Assembly: GCA_964016885.1 (NCBI GenBank)
Contig: OZ024741.1
Location: forward strand, 336,660,001 to 336,724,000
Direction: 5' to 3'
Origin: Eledone cirrhosa
Lineage: Eukaryota
DNA length: 64,000 bases
Shown here piece after piece: positions 27,538-41,289 of the stretch. Below the pieces are notes generated by a model. The model did not search any database and was not told the DNA's origin. It was given only the letters and a program-made list of their open reading frames with translations. How positions within the stretch are numbered: the first letter of the stretch is position 1; every line of letters begins with the position of its first letter. A program made the position numbers and the translations under genes.

Positions 27538-27672
27538 TTTCATCATCATCATCATCATCACCACCATCATTATTATTATCATTATTATCATTATTATTAT
27601 TATTATTGCTGCTGCTGCTGCTGTTGTTGTTGTTGTCGTTGTTATCATTATTGTTGTTGTTGTTATTGTTAT
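27538..27672. repeat. Compound trinucleotide microsatellite (CAT/TAT/GCT/GTT)
   Basis: Direct inspection. Confidence 0.9.
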
Positions 27673-27989
27673 TATACTTTCCTTTGATTTTGCTTTATGT
27701 GCAACAACTACAAAGTATCAACCAGTTACTTAGGGCAGGCATCGTTGGTTTTGACTATTTTCAATAGTTTTTTTTTGTTGTTGTTCCATCCTCACATTCA
27801 CTTAATAAGTCACATCACCAAAGTTGATAGGTAAATAAGTTTTAAAAAAAGAGAGAAAATATAAAAAGGTAGGAGAAGATTAAAAGAAATATTAAGGAGT
27901 ATAAAAGATATGAATTGATTTTACATTATGGATATTTGAATGATATTAAATATTAATTAAATTTGCTCTAAATATTAAACAGAAAAGAT

Positions 27990-28930
27990 TGCATTGAAAT
28001 ATAGGCAAAGACAAAAATTTAGGAAGTATGTGGGTGCTACTTGTTAGAAATATCTTTTGGATTTCATAGATGTTAGATTTACCAGGTATATTTTCTAGAA
28101 ACTTTTGAACACCTTTCTTTATGACACCTAGAGTTCCTATCACTACCGGAATAGTTTGAGTTTTAGGTGACACATTCTGTTTATCTCAATTTCTAGCTCT
28201 CTATATTTAGCTAGTATCTCAAACTCCTTTGCTGACACACTTCTATCAGGTGGTACAGTCATGTCAATGAGTAAGCAGGTTTTGTTTTTTAAATCTTTGA
28301 TAATAATTGTTTCTACTTTTGGCACAAGGCCATCAATTACCCAGTGCATTACTGGTACTTTATTTTATCGACCCCGTAAGGATGAAAGGCAAAGTTAACC
28401 TCGGCGGGATTTGAACTCAGACTGTAAAGGGACGTAACTATGCTGGAAAGCATGGCGTCCGACTCTCTACCGATACTGCCAATAATAATACCAGGGGGTT
28501 ACATTAATAGTATGATCTGTGTGAATGATAAAGTCCCAAATGATTGTGTTTCCTTCAGTTACTGGTTGTGGTTTGTATTCATACCAGTTTTCTGCATGCT
28601 CTGCATTGTATTTTTTGCATATTATCCAATGGATATATTGCCCCACCCTATCATGCCTAATCTTACATTCAATTGGTACTAGTGTGGCACATATTATATG
28701 TTCAATTGTTTCAAGCTGTACATGATGTATCTTGTATTTTGGATCTGTTCTATTTCTGAGAATATTTGCCCGACAATTCCTTGAAAAGAGGCTCTGGTCC
28801 TGGGCAGCAAAATTAAAGCCTTCTGTTTCAGCTTTTAATTCGGAACTAGCCACTGATGGGCTTGTGCTTAATCTAGGTGCAAAGCTGGAATTGGCCATGC
28901 AGAGGTTTTTGTTGCTATCTATCTCTAAAT
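27990..28930 (-). mobile_element. R4/Dong-type non-LTR retrotransposon C-terminus (decayed CCHC + restriction-like endonuclease)
   Basis: LKAETEGFNFAAQDQSL...ETIEHII...RHDRVGQYIHWIIC...IIWDFIIHTD [SINE] IIIKDLKNKTCLLIDMTVPPD...KYRELEIEI...IPVVIGTLG. Confidence 0.85.
28303..28485 (-). mobile_element. SINE family 1 (short subfamily) inserted in the Dong-like element
   Basis: Near-identical to 17790-17970. Confidence 0.85.
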
Positions 28931-29623
28931 GTTTTTAGAACTTATAGCTTAGACTTGCTTCTGTGGAATTTTGCTGCCTCAGTTGGAATAAGGATCTATA
29001 TGGTAAATGCACCAAGTACATGTTGTAAAGTGGTTGGTGATAGGAATGACATCCAGTTGTAGAGAGCTTGCCAAACAAACGTTTGGGAATACCCTTCATT
29101 GTGTCAAGGACATGTCAACCTCCCTAGTGTTGGTGATCTTCATGATAAATGCACCCAGTACATACTGTAAAGTATTTGGTGATAGGAAGAACACCCAGCC
29201 AAAGGTTTTGGAGGACCCTTCAGTTGTGTTAAAGACATGAAAACCTCCCTGTGCACTCAGTAGAATATGAGACAATATATAAGTGAGCTACAGATCCCTG
29301 GCCTGTCTGGGAGATCAGTGGCTCTGCTTCAGTACTGACTTCATCTATTTAGACCCATCCAACCCTTGCGAGCAGGGAAAGTGGATGTTAAAATGATAGT
29401 CATGAATTTTGAAATAGACTTTATCATACTGAATCTCCCTGCGAACTATGTTAACAGTACATGTATCTGTGGAATACTTGACCACATATATGTTAATTTC
29501 ATGAGCCACTAGCAAAAGAAATCAACATTTCATATCTCAAACCAAAATAGTAATTTGAAAAAACTTTGTATTAATTGAAATGATCTGTACATTAGTACAC
29601 AGAAAGTCCCCTTTCTATTATTT

Positions 29624-29778
29624 CTCTTCTTCTTCTTCTTCTTCTTCTTCTTCTTCTTCTTCTTCTTCTTCTTCTTCTTCTTCTTCTTCTTCTTTTATTT
29701 TTCTTCTTCTTCTTCTTCTTCTTCTTCTTCTTCTTCTTCTTCTTCTTCTTCTTCTTCTTCTTCAGAAGAAGAAGAAGA
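29624..29778. repeat. (TTC)n abutting an inverted (GAA)n
   Basis: Direct inspection. Confidence 0.95.
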
Positions 29779-29904
29779 CATTAAACGATTATGATATGTG
29801 TTTCATCATGGAGAAAACAAAGGAAACAATAGGCGTTAGTCCTTTATCGGGAGATAGAAGAAAGGATATGTGGATTTGCTAATAAAGTAGGATATAATAT
29901 ATAT

Positions 29905-30680
29905 TATGCACTGGGGTCAATTTAATCGACTTTCCCCTCCCCACTAAATGGCTGGCCTTGTGCCTAAATCAGAAACTATTATTAAGAGGGAGCAGGACGG
30001 TGGATTGGCAGTATCAATAGAACATTGCTTTGCAGTTTAGAGTTACACTCCTTTACATTCTGAGTTCAAATCCCACCAAGGTTAACTTTGCCTTTCATCC
30101 TTATGGGGTCTATAAAATAAAGTGCCAGTAATGTACTGAGGTTGATTTAATCGACTTTCCTCTCTCCCCAAATTGCTGGCCTTGTGCCTATAGTAGAAAT
30201 CATTATTAAAAGGGAGCAGTTGATTGGCAGTATCGGTAGAGTGTTAGACAAAATGCTTTGTAGCATATAATTACATTCCTTTATGTTCTGAGTTCAAATC
30301 TCACTGAGGTTAACTTTGCCTTTCATCTTTTTGATGTCAATGAAATAAAGTACCAGTCAAGTATTGGGGTTGATATAATTGATTATCCCCAACATCAGAC
30401 AGAATTTCTGACTTTGTGTCTATGTTAGAAACCATTACATTACTAAGATTGGGGTGGTGGATTGGCAGTAATCGGTAGAACATCTGTCAACTTGCTTTGT
30501 GGCATACAGTAATGTCCCTTTACAATCTGAGCACAAATCCTGCTGAGGTTAGCTTTGCCTTTCATCCTTCCGGGGTCAATACAATAAAGTACCAGTAATG
30601 CACTGGGGTTGATTTAATTGGCATTCCACCCCCACCACCCCAGAATTTCTGGTTTTGTACTTTTTTCAGAAACCATTATA
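29905..30680 (+). mobile_element. Tandem array of ~3.5 SINE family 1 copies
   Basis: Repeated gattggcagtatcggtaga...gagttcaaatc...gcctttcatcctt units about 220 bp apart. Confidence 0.85.
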
Positions 30681-30925
30681 TTATTAATCTTTAGCATGCT
30701 AAATTTTTTTATGAATTGCTTCCCTTGACACTGCATTATGTATCAAGGGGAGATTACTCTATTGGCAACATAAGGCACATTGAGCATGCTGAAGGTTAAG
30801 ATTACTCTGTTTTATTAATATGCAAATTAATTTTTTAACGGTTTCAAAACTTGATATTCTGAATAGAATTTAGATATTGTTGATTGATATTGTATACTGA
30901 TAATGTCAATTTCTTGTTTTTGCAG

Positions 30926-31206
30926 GTATCAAATTAGTTAAACTAGAACCAATTGAAGATACAGGGCGAAAGTCTTTATCTCAGGTAATTAGCCGACCAA
31001 AGGATAGTAAAATTACTGCTATGTGTAATTACAAAACTGATGTTAGTTTAAGTACTAACAGCAAAGATATCATTGATTTGAAATCAATACGAGTAAACAA
31101 AGCTACTTCTAAGAAGTCAAGGCACCCATGGAACCTACCAATGAGGAATAGTTTCACATCTTACCCCAAGGCATTGCCAGTTCTACCGAAGAGACCAATA
31201 CCGTAA
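30926..31206 (+). CDS. Putative terminal coding exon D ((G)IKLVKLEPIEDTG...PVLPKRPIP*)
   Basis: Strong tttcttgtttttgcag acceptor. Phase-1 entry is in frame with ORF 31021-31206 and matches the phase-1 exit of exon C. 281 nt open. Confidence 0.6.
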
Positions 31207-31677
31207 AATATACAGGTATCAACTCTCATTATTTTATATATATTTGACTAAAACTAAATAACTATCAAATTCATGATCCTGCTAGATCATACCATGATCC
31301 TGCTAGATCATACCAAAAACAACAACAAGTGTAATGTCAGTGTAATGTCGGTTTATATTTGTCCAAAAATTAAATGCAATTTGATTGTATTTACCTTTGT
31401 AAAACTGGGAGCTTCTGATAAACTTTACCTGTCTTGAAACCATGGCTATATAATATCCTGAACAAGCTGCAGTATTCATGACCATGTTCTTGGTAAATAT
31501 TTTAATATTTTCATTTTCTACATGCCAGAATAAAAAGTTTTTCAAATATTTTATGTGCAAAATTCTATGCAATCTATTAATTCATAATGTTTTAAATATG
31601 TCAGAGAAAACTAAAAATATAATGGTCAATTTCCATAGCTGTTGATATGTTGTATTATATTTGGTGTTCTGTAAGAT

Positions 31678-31902
31678 GATGGATTAACAGTATCAGTAGA
31701 GCTTCAGACAACATACTTTGTGGCATATAGTCACAGCCCTTTATGTTCTGAGTTCAAATCCCTCCAAGGTTAACTTTGTCTTTCCTCCTTACAAGGTCGA
31801 TAAAATGAAGTATCAGTAATGCACTGGGGGCGATTTAATTGACTTTCCCCCTCTCCCCACACAAAAAAATGTACGCTTTGTGTCTAAATCAGAAACTGTT
31901 AT
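31678..31902 (+). mobile_element. SINE family 1
   Basis: Family motifs as above. Confidence 0.8.
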
Positions 31903-31974
31903 TAAGGTTCTGTCTGAAGTATATATTTTCTAAATTTTATGACATTTGTTTCAACATAACCCATTTCTCTCAGT

Positions 31975-32270
31975 GAAAGGAAAGAGAACAAGAGAGAGAT
32001 GAAAGGGGAGAGAAAGAAATGTGATGGAAGAGAAGGAAAGAGAGCAAGAGAAAGATGAGAGGATAGAGAAAGAGAGATGAAATAGAGAACAAGAGAGAGA
32101 TGAGAGAGAGAAATAGAAAGAAAGAAAGAGAGCAAGAGAGAGGTAAAAGGAGAAAGTAAGGGAGATTAGAGGAGAAAGTGAGTGATGTGAGAAGAGAGGC
32201 AGATGTGAGGAGAGAGAGAAAGAGAGATGTGAGGTGAGAGAGGAAAGAGAGAGAAAGAGCAAGAGAGAAA
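31975..32270. repeat. AG-rich low-complexity tract
   Basis: Direct inspection. Confidence 0.9.
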
Positions 32271-32519
32271 AGTGTGTTTTCCATGCATACCTTTTGTAAA
32301 TTTCATGACAATACATTGGCGTCTCTGAACTTTATTGAGGTATTTTCAATTAAAAATACTCACAGGTGAGCTCTCATGTCATATGACATATCTTGGGTTT
32401 TGAACAGATTTAATTTCGTCATCAATTCTTTAACAAGGAAAAACAGGATGGGAGAACAATACAGTACAATTATATATATATAAATTTGTGTGTGTGTATA
32501 TATATATATATATATACAC

Positions 32520-32554
<35 letters not shown>

Positions 32555-32559
32555 TATCA

Positions 32560-34135
32560 CCATCATAATCATCATCATCGTTTAACGTTTATCTTCCACG
32601 CTAGCATGGGTTAGACGGGAATTGTCTCATTTGAAGTAAGATTGGTCGGGTGACCGTATCTCGCTCGTATAGATCTGGCAGGTTTTCCACGGTTGGATGC
32701 CCTTCCAACCACATTTACAGTGAGAACTGGGAGCTTTTTACTTTGTTACCTACATGGCCACATTACAGCGTGGACTATTTTTTTATTTTGGGGGGTTTTT
32801 TCCCTTTTTTCTTTCCTTTTTTCCTCTCTTCTTTTTCTCTTTTTTCCCCCTTTTTTTCTCTCTTTTTTTTTCTCTTTTCCCTTCCTTTTCTTTTTTGTCG
32901 TGACACCTATACAGCCTCATTAGTTTGGACTGGATGTTGTAGTACCAACATAACTTTATAGAGAAAGAGTGGTGTTGGCGGGACTGGAAGGGTGGAGTAG
33001 GAGTAGTGGGTTTGGATTTATGTTTGGTTTGGAGGGGTCTCCTGACTGTAGGTTAACTTTGCACGTAGGGAACACGGGTCTTCTGTATTACTGCGTGACA
33101 CCAAAGATCTCGATCCAGTGACCATTGTCTTAGAGAGGTGTGCAAGGTTGGAATTTATCAAGTCATCCCAGGTTTTTCTGGGTCTACTTACTCCATAACT
33201 TCCACCAATTTTGATCGCCCTGCAATTTTTTATACAGCTGTCGTCTTTCATGTGCCTCACGGACCATACCAATGTAATCTGCTCTCAAGTAAACAGCATC
33301 TGATCCCTCTTATTCCTAAATTCTCACTTAGTTCGTTTATGTTTAGCCGTTCATGTATATTACTATTACACATCCAATGGAGCATGCATGCTTCATTCCT
33401 TTCCAGTCTGCGCAGGTCCTCTGCACACAATGCCCATCTCTCACTGCCATGTAACATTGCTGTTCGTATACAAGAATCATAAAATCTGCCTTTCATTTTT
33501 TGAGAGAAAACTTTTGTGGCCAACAGCGATATAAGCTCTCTGAATATTTTCCATCCTGTTCTAAATCTGGCTACTGTACTTTCAGTGCGCCCTCCACCAC
33601 TGCTGATTTTGTCACCCAGGTAACAGAAAGTATCCACTATTTCTATAGAACCATCTGGGCAATAGGAGCTAGTATCCTGTGGGCACCTGCTACTTATTGC
33701 ACCTGAGCATCGGCCACATATAAAATCTACGTTCTTAGATAGCTTGCCTGTGATCCTACTACATCTTTTATGAACCCATAGTTTGCATCTGGGACATAAA
33801 ATGGAATTTCTACCTACTCCTTTCTTACACACTGAGCATGGCCATTTCCCAGAGGGCATCTGTGCCCTATTTTCTTTCTATATACTAGAACTTTAATCTT
33901 AGACAAGTTAACTTTAAGGCCTTTTGATTCTAGGCCATGCTTCCATGTTTGGAATTTCTTCTCTAGTTCGGCCATAGATTCAGCTATGAGAGTTAGATCA
34001 TCTGCGTATAGAAGTTCTCATGGGCAGCCGGTCTTAAATTCCTCTGTTATAGCCTGAAGGGTAATAATAAACAGGAGGGGGCTAAGGACAGAACTTTGAT
34101 GAACACCAACTTTTACGCTAAATTCTTCACTATAT
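32560..34135 (-). mobile_element. RTE LINE, 5'-truncated, with 3'UTR and (TGA)n tail
   Basis: ORF 33257-33859 (PSGKWPCSVCKKGVGRNSILC...YLGDKISSGGG...MLHGSERW) is homologous to 57120-58775. (CAT)n at 32560-32580. Confidence 0.93.
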
Positions 34136-34170
34136 TCTATATATATACACACACACACAACAAATATATA

Positions 34171-34207
<37 letters not shown>

Positions 34208-35196
34208 TGTCATCATCATCATCACTATTTTCCATGCTTGTATGGGTTAAACAGGACATCCATGTCATGAGACAAGTCTGGCCTGGTTGGCCACACTGTA
34301 CCTTGCTCAGACAGAACTGTAAAGTTCACTAAGATTTTTACAGCTGGATGCTCTTCCTAACACCAACCACATTTACAGTGTCGAACTGAATGGCACGGTT
34401 ATGAGGAGGGACAGCCAGTTGTCCGCGCCATACTCTGCTAACAGTGGAACCAGTGTTTGGGTGCCACCACTACATTTACAATGTGGAACTGGATGGCACC
34501 ATTATGCGGAGGCACAGGCCAGTTGACCATGCCATACCCTGCTCACAGCTCATAGTTTGGGAGCCACACCCACATTTACAGTGTGGTACTGGATGGTGCC
34601 ATTATGAAGAGGGACAGGATATATATATATGTAGAAGGTGAGGAATATTGTAGAACAATAAAACTATGCATATATCAGATAAGTAGCACTCAACAGTTGG
34701 TAGAACTGGAGCATATACAATAGAGAAGAAATTAAAAGATGGTTAAAAGAGTTCCATAATGAAATATATGGAACTCTTTTAACCATCTTTTAATTTCTTT
34801 TCTATTATATATATATACACGCTTACATATATATATATATATAACGTTAGAATATGTGTAATAAGGCCAAGACAATGCAGATATGGACATAGAAAAAAGA
34901 ATGCAATAGTGAAAGATATTGATGAGAATTCGTCTTTCACCTTGAATTTATTTAAATGTCCTTTATAACCTCCTCCTATATATATATATGTTTAAACTAA
35001 TATATATATATATTAGTTTAATTCTTGATGTAGTAGGAAAAGAGTCTTAACATTTCAGAGGTTAATCCTTCATCAGGAGATAGAATATGAGATATAAGCA
35101 TATAAGTTTGTATATATATAATATAATTACAATTTTACATCTGCTGTCTATGCTGGCATGGGTTGAATCTCATATCTATTTATCTCTGTCTCTCTC

Positions 35197-35228
<32 letters not shown>

Positions 35229-37484
35229 CACACACACATACATACCATCAAATTCAATACTACAATGAAGACATAACACAGAGAAATGTAAGAGTTCATA
35301 TTTCATTGAGCAAACTCCAGTTATCCAACACTGCAGATTGAATAAGTTGAGTTTGTTCAATGAAACGCATGTTCCTGCATTTATCTGTGTCATGTCTTTA
35401 TTGTAGTATTGAATTTGATAACATATTAAGATTCATCCCATGGACTGAATGCTCTACACCTTGGATATCTTTACCAAACCAATTACTACTATATATATAA
35501 TATAATTCAAATCAAAATATATATGTATATATATATAGAGAGAGAGAAAGAGAAAAAAACCATATATCATTAGAGAAACTTATAGTATTTTGTACATATA
35601 TATATAAAGCATATAATATTTAAGGAAAAGTACATACTTTAAGGTAGAAAAGTTCTTATATTCCTTACGGTACCATTTCATAATTCTTGAACCAAAGCAA
35701 AAATCAATCTAAGTAATAAATTACCAACAATCGATTTTAGTAGAGCTACAAAAGACGTGAATCGTCTTTGGATAAGTTCCAATACAGTAAAAAATGCTTT
35801 TATATCTGTCGGGATCCAAGAGTCCACCAAAACTATAGCCCACATGGTGTGAAAATGTTTTAACTGTGGTGGCAGATACAATTAGGACTGGACATTGTAT
35901 CAACTACGAAAAGGTGTGAAGTACTTGTCACAGTATAAGTAGCTGAACAAATTAAGAATTTGGAGCAGTTAAATACTAAGTTAAGGTGCCATAACATATA
36001 TATGTATGATGATTATGTTTCTCAGTAGAAAAGCTCAATGGAAGTTAGTCCAGAGCATCAATAATATATATATATTCAATAACTTAATTTCAGTATTATT
36101 ATATATAATATATATAAATAAATAAATATATATATATATATATATATTTATTCAATTGAAGAAAGTTGGTTGATTGAAAATCTGCTGACTTTTTTCTAAC
36201 AGGGTAAAGCACTCCACGGTTTTTGTTCATCTAAAGTTTTATTGTAATAATAAACAAGAAAGACGGTTTCATTTGTACATCCCTATTTATTTTGTTATTC
36301 ATATTTCAAAGACGTATGGCAGTTGTATAACAGCTGCTCTACGTGTTCTCTTCAGATAAAAATCCTAATGAGATGTAAATATCCAATGATATGTTACTGG
36401 TCATACGTGTTATTCTCTTCGCTGACCAGTAAACATATGTCCGAAATTTATTTGTTTTCTTTCATCCTTCTATTTATGTTGTTTGTTTTATCACACACAT
36501 ATCATACCAGCAGAAAGATATGTTTTTTCTGTTGCATGATCCTCCTTTTTAAAATGGTACTCTCAATTTTATTTGTTTGAGAGCTGATGAGGTGAAGATG
36601 AGTGTGTAAATTTGTTTTGTACATTGCCTTTCTTTATTTCCTTCTTCCAGTCACTTCTGTGTGCCAGTGCATTTCTCCTTTCTTCCTCCTCTTTCAATCT
36701 TTTCTATATTGTATCTGCCTGTCACCCACCTTGTGGATTGTCCCTCTGTTGACCACTGGTTGCTGGTCTCTGTTCTTTGGGGCATTTTTGCCCATCGCTG
36801 TCTTTGACTGCATTTAGCTGTTTTAACAGCTGTTCTAGTATAAACAGTTCATCAAATATACACATACATGCACACAGAGAGGCACACACACATACACGCA
36901 TTCTCACAGACATGCATATATATATATGCACATGCATACATAATACATGCATACATGCATATATACATATCTTATATTTTAACATGAGCATAATTTCAAA
37001 TAATTATCCTTGTGTAAAGTTTCTACTGTAATGTAATGGAGTTTTATATTGGTTGTTACTCTATTACTCTATTACGCATTCCAGCCAAGAGGCTGAGACC
37101 ATGCTGGAGCACCACTTTTGAAGAGATTCATTATATTTTGCAAGCACTTTTGGTGTCATCCTTTCTCCTTTAAGAGAAATTTATTAATAATTTTAATTGA
37201 AATAAAGCAATCAAAGCCACACCAAACCATCTTCAATGTCTGTATCATGTAGTTTGTAATTTGGTGATTGGTGTTTTGTGTTTGATGTTTAGTATTAGCT
37301 TTTCTATGGTTTACAGGTTGTGTAGTTGCTGTTTGGTTGTCTAGTGTCATCTTAGTCCTGGTTTATTACGATATAACTTTTAAGTGGCTTTTCCATCTTT
37401 TTCTGATTATATTTTGATATTCATGTATTTTTTTTTTTCCATGATGAAAATACCATTTCCTGATTTTGCTGTTATTATCCCATA

Positions 37485-37860
37485 GGTTGTGTGTGATTGT
37501 GTGCATATGAGTGAACAAGCATGTGTGTGTGTCACTGCATGGATATCTGCACCTGTGTGTGTGTATGTATACATGTGCGATTGTGTGCATGTGAGTGTGA
37601 GTGAATGGGCATGTGTGTGCAGCATGGATATGTGTCTGTATGTGTGCATGTATACATGTGTGATTGTGTGCATATAAGTGTCAGTGAACAGGCATGTGTG
37701 GTGTTTGTGTGCATGAATATCTGTGTCTCTCTGTGTGTGCATGTGGGTGTCTAAGTGTGTGTCTGTGTCTCTCTGTGTGGATGTGGGTGTCTATGTGTGT
37801 GTGTGTATGCATGCATGTGTGTCTTTGTGTTTACATGCACACATGTATGTGTGTGATATT
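37485..37860. repeat. TG-rich degenerate minisatellite
   Basis: Recurrent gtgattgtgtgcat...gcatgtgtgtg units. Confidence 0.75.
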
Positions 37861-38169
37861 AATATTTGTGTAATGTTCAGCTATTATAAATGATATATTG
37901 CTGTTTTCCTCTCACAGTCATTCAATGCCATCCAGTTCATTATAAATGGTTTGTTCGTTAAAATTTGACTGTCTCGTTTACATTATTGGCATGATTTCAA
38001 TTATCAACCTTCTCTTATATCTATCTATTGTAATATTAAAAGACTGCTTTATTGCATTTAGTCATTAAATCTCCTGTATAATTGATTGGCACATGCACTG
38101 CCATTAAAATTATGTGTAAAATCCTCATTGCAGGGAAAGGAATTATCATGGTATCTGTTTAAACTTGTG

Positions 38170-39355
38170 CACATTTCACCTTGTTATTTACAATTATCAT
38201 ATAGTTGTGTCAGTTTGTAGATAGTTTTTATATTATAGTCCAGTAATGAGAAACCTTTTAGCCTCTGTACTACAGAAAACTGAGAAATTATCTTTGCTTT
38301 ATGATTTACAAATCTCATATTGTTGTGTCATTAGGTTCGATGCCAAGTGCTGAATGGCTGGAATGAAAATCAATGTTGTGAAAACTGAGATGTTTGTCCT
38401 CTCAAGGAAGCCTGCACAGTGCAACTCTACATGTAAATGGAGTTCCACTGAAGCAGGTAGAGAAGCTCAAGTATCTCGGGGCCATGTTCATGAGTGATGG
38501 AAGACAGGAGGCTGAATTAAGTGCAAGAATTATAGGAGCTGGTGCAGTAATATGCCAGCTTCAGCATTGAGGAATCAGAAGAAGGGAGGTAGGTGTAAAA
38601 GCCAAACTCCCTATCTTCAATTTGGTATTCATGCCAACCATTACCTATGGTCATGAATTTTGGTTAATGATTGAAAGAATACGATTGCAAATACATGTGG
38701 CCAAAATGGGATTCCTCTGAAGGGTCTTTGGAGTAATATTACTCGATAGAGTGCATAGCTTGAAGATCAGAGAGTCACTCCAGGTAGAGCCGCTACTTTT
38801 GTGATTTGAGAGATCTCAGCTTCGATACTATGGGCATGTCTCAGAAAAGAATCGCTGGACAGATTTTAAGGGCCAGACTGGAGACTTGGGGGTAGACCCC
38901 GAGCAAGATGGTTGGATAACATCTATGAGTTTGGCTGTTCTCGCTTGGGAATTCAGCTGAATCAGTTGGAGACAGTTGCTTCTGACAGGACCTGCTAGAA
39001 GGATTGTTTGAGAATTCTGCCCCCACGACCCTCTCAGGAATAAGTGAACAAAGAAAAAGAAAAAGAAAAAGAAAAAGAAGATATTGTTGTGTCAGTGTGT
39101 ACCATAGTTTTTACATTGTACTCAAGTAATAAGAAACATTGTAGCCTCTGTGCTACAGAAAACTAAAAAATTATCTTTGCTTTGTTTTTTACAACTGCCA
39201 TATAGTTATGTCATCTTGTACCATACTTTTTATATTGTACTCCAGTTATAATAAGCCCTGTAGATAGGTACCCTAGAAAACTTGGAACTTCCCCTTTGTT
39301 CTGTTATTTACAACTCTCAGTTGTTGAGTCAGTTTGTACTGTAGTTCTTATATTT
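38170..39355. repeat. ~118-bp tandem satellite (3-4 units) interrupted by an RTE insertion
   Basis: Unit tttacaa...catatagttgtgtcagtttgta...tagcctctgt.ctacagaaaact...attatctttgcttt recurs on both sides of the insertion. Confidence 0.7.
38331..39080 (+). mobile_element. Rex3/Expander-like RTE 3' fragment with a 14-bp target-site duplication
   Basis: AGMKINVVKTE...LKQVEKLKYLG..FMSDGR...LTYGHEFW...ERSQLRYYGHV. TSD atattgttgtgtca at 38317-38330 and 39081-39094. (GAAAAA)n tail. Confidence 0.85.
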
Positions 39356-39499
39356 TTCATTATTTGTATTATTGTTTGTTTTATAGAAGAGAATGCATTG
39401 TTTATAATTAGGTGTGAGGCAAAAAAATTGGCAGTGATGGATGTTTGACAATATGGATTATAATTATTATATTTATTGTTTTTATACTCAAATATTATG

Positions 39500-39800
39500 T
39501 GAAGGCATGTGGATTAGTGGTTAGAGCATTGAGTTCACAATCATAAGGTTGTGAGTTTGAATCCCGGACTAGGCAGTGTGTTATGTTCTTGGGCAAAACA
39601 CTTTATTTCACATTCTTCCAGTTCACTCATTGTAGAAACGAGTTGCACTGTCACTGGTGCCAAACTGTATCAGCCATTGCCTTTCCCTTCGACAACATTA
39701 GTAGCATGGAAAGGGGAAACTGTCTTGTGACATGGAGAGGAACTTTTTAGGTGCAAACCATAGTCACTTGTGACTGAAGGGGGCCTACGATACTCAGTTC
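39500..39800 (+). mobile_element. SINE family 2
   Basis: tRNA-like head plus ttcttgggcaaaacactttatttcacatt core. Confidence 0.8.
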
Positions 39801-40980
39801 TTAATGTAAATAGTATGAGATATTTTTGGCACAAATTAAAGACAAAGAAAAGAGCAAAAGAATCATTGTCATGACTAGAATCGTGTCTTAAGCACCTGGC
39901 AAATGAGAGATACAAGGCTTCCATTAAGCTTCTTGGGATATTTTCTTTCAAATTGCTGTTTATGTCTCATATCATTTGTAGTGGTGTTTTTCAACATCAT
40001 CATCAATTAAGATCTGTTTTCCCTGTTTGCAAGGGTTAGGTGGGTTGTCAGCAGATCAGGTCAGTACTGAAGCAGTGGTACTGATCCCATGGATGGGCTG
40101 GGAACTGGCATCATACTTATGTACGCACCTGTACTCTACAAAGTATACAATCTGTTCAGTGGCCCACAACTCACTTCTATATAATCTTGCACACTATTGT
40201 AACACCAGGTCTAGAGAGGCTGTCTCCCAACCCTTTGTTTGGCAGGTTTTCTGTTGTAGGAAAAAAAACCTGAATACCCCTGCATAACTAAAAGTAGACT
40301 TGGCGAAATGTCTATAAATAATAACTGAAGTGAACTGTCAGTTAGACTGTATGTAAGTAGTCTATCATTGGAGTCTCTCGTTGGCAGTTATAAATTACAC
40401 CTGGTGAATACTTTGTTTTAACCTTGTTCATACAAATATACAAAAGAGGTGTGTCACACTATTGTAACATTTTCTATGGCTAGATAATCTTCTTATCACC
40501 AACATATTAACAGAGTGTACTATTTGTTTCTTGTAGATATTTGTTTATAGTTAATTAGAATACTGCTCTCAACTATGGTCACTATAACCAGCCAAACTCA
40601 GTATCAAGATGCCCCACATCAAATCCCATTGTGTAGAATCTCATACAAGTGTTTCTACCTTATCTTTAGTTGGCTCAAGCCTTGTGTGTAGACAGAAACT
40701 GTATAGAAGCCTAACAGAAAGGTTGTATCTGTACTGCAAAGAAGCAGTAGTGTTGTGTATTGAATCATGTTGATTCAGTTTTGGATTTAACACTAAAGAT
40801 ACACATTTTTGTGGAATACCCAGTCACTTCCCCATTAATTCCATGAGTTGGTTTTTCAGTTGTTGTATATGTCCCATAACTTAGTTGCCTGACAAAGAAA
40901 AATTGATGAAATATGTACTAGACTGATAAATAAACCCTGAGCTCAATTTAACTGATCAAATTTTTCAGTCAGAAATATAT

Positions 40981-41048
<68 letters not shown>

Positions 41049-41217
41049 TATTAATAAATGGTACCCTTGAAATATATATAATAGAATAAATATGGTTTTA
41101 TAAATATAGTTTCCATTTATTAATATCATTGATATTATACTCCAGAAAACTTATCAAGTGCTTCGAATCTGTTATAAATATATTTGTTGAATTATCAACA
41201 AATTAAATATCTCTTTG

Positions 41218-41289
<72 letters not shown>

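Noticed and set aside
27534-29882. Poly-Ser/poly-Leu ORFs resembling signal or transmembrane peptides
   Set aside because: Trinucleotide microsatellites.
29905-30680. CRISPR-like array or tRNA gene cluster
   Set aside because: Units are ~220-bp SINEs with decayed tRNA-like heads. No unique spacers, cas genes or full cloverleaf.
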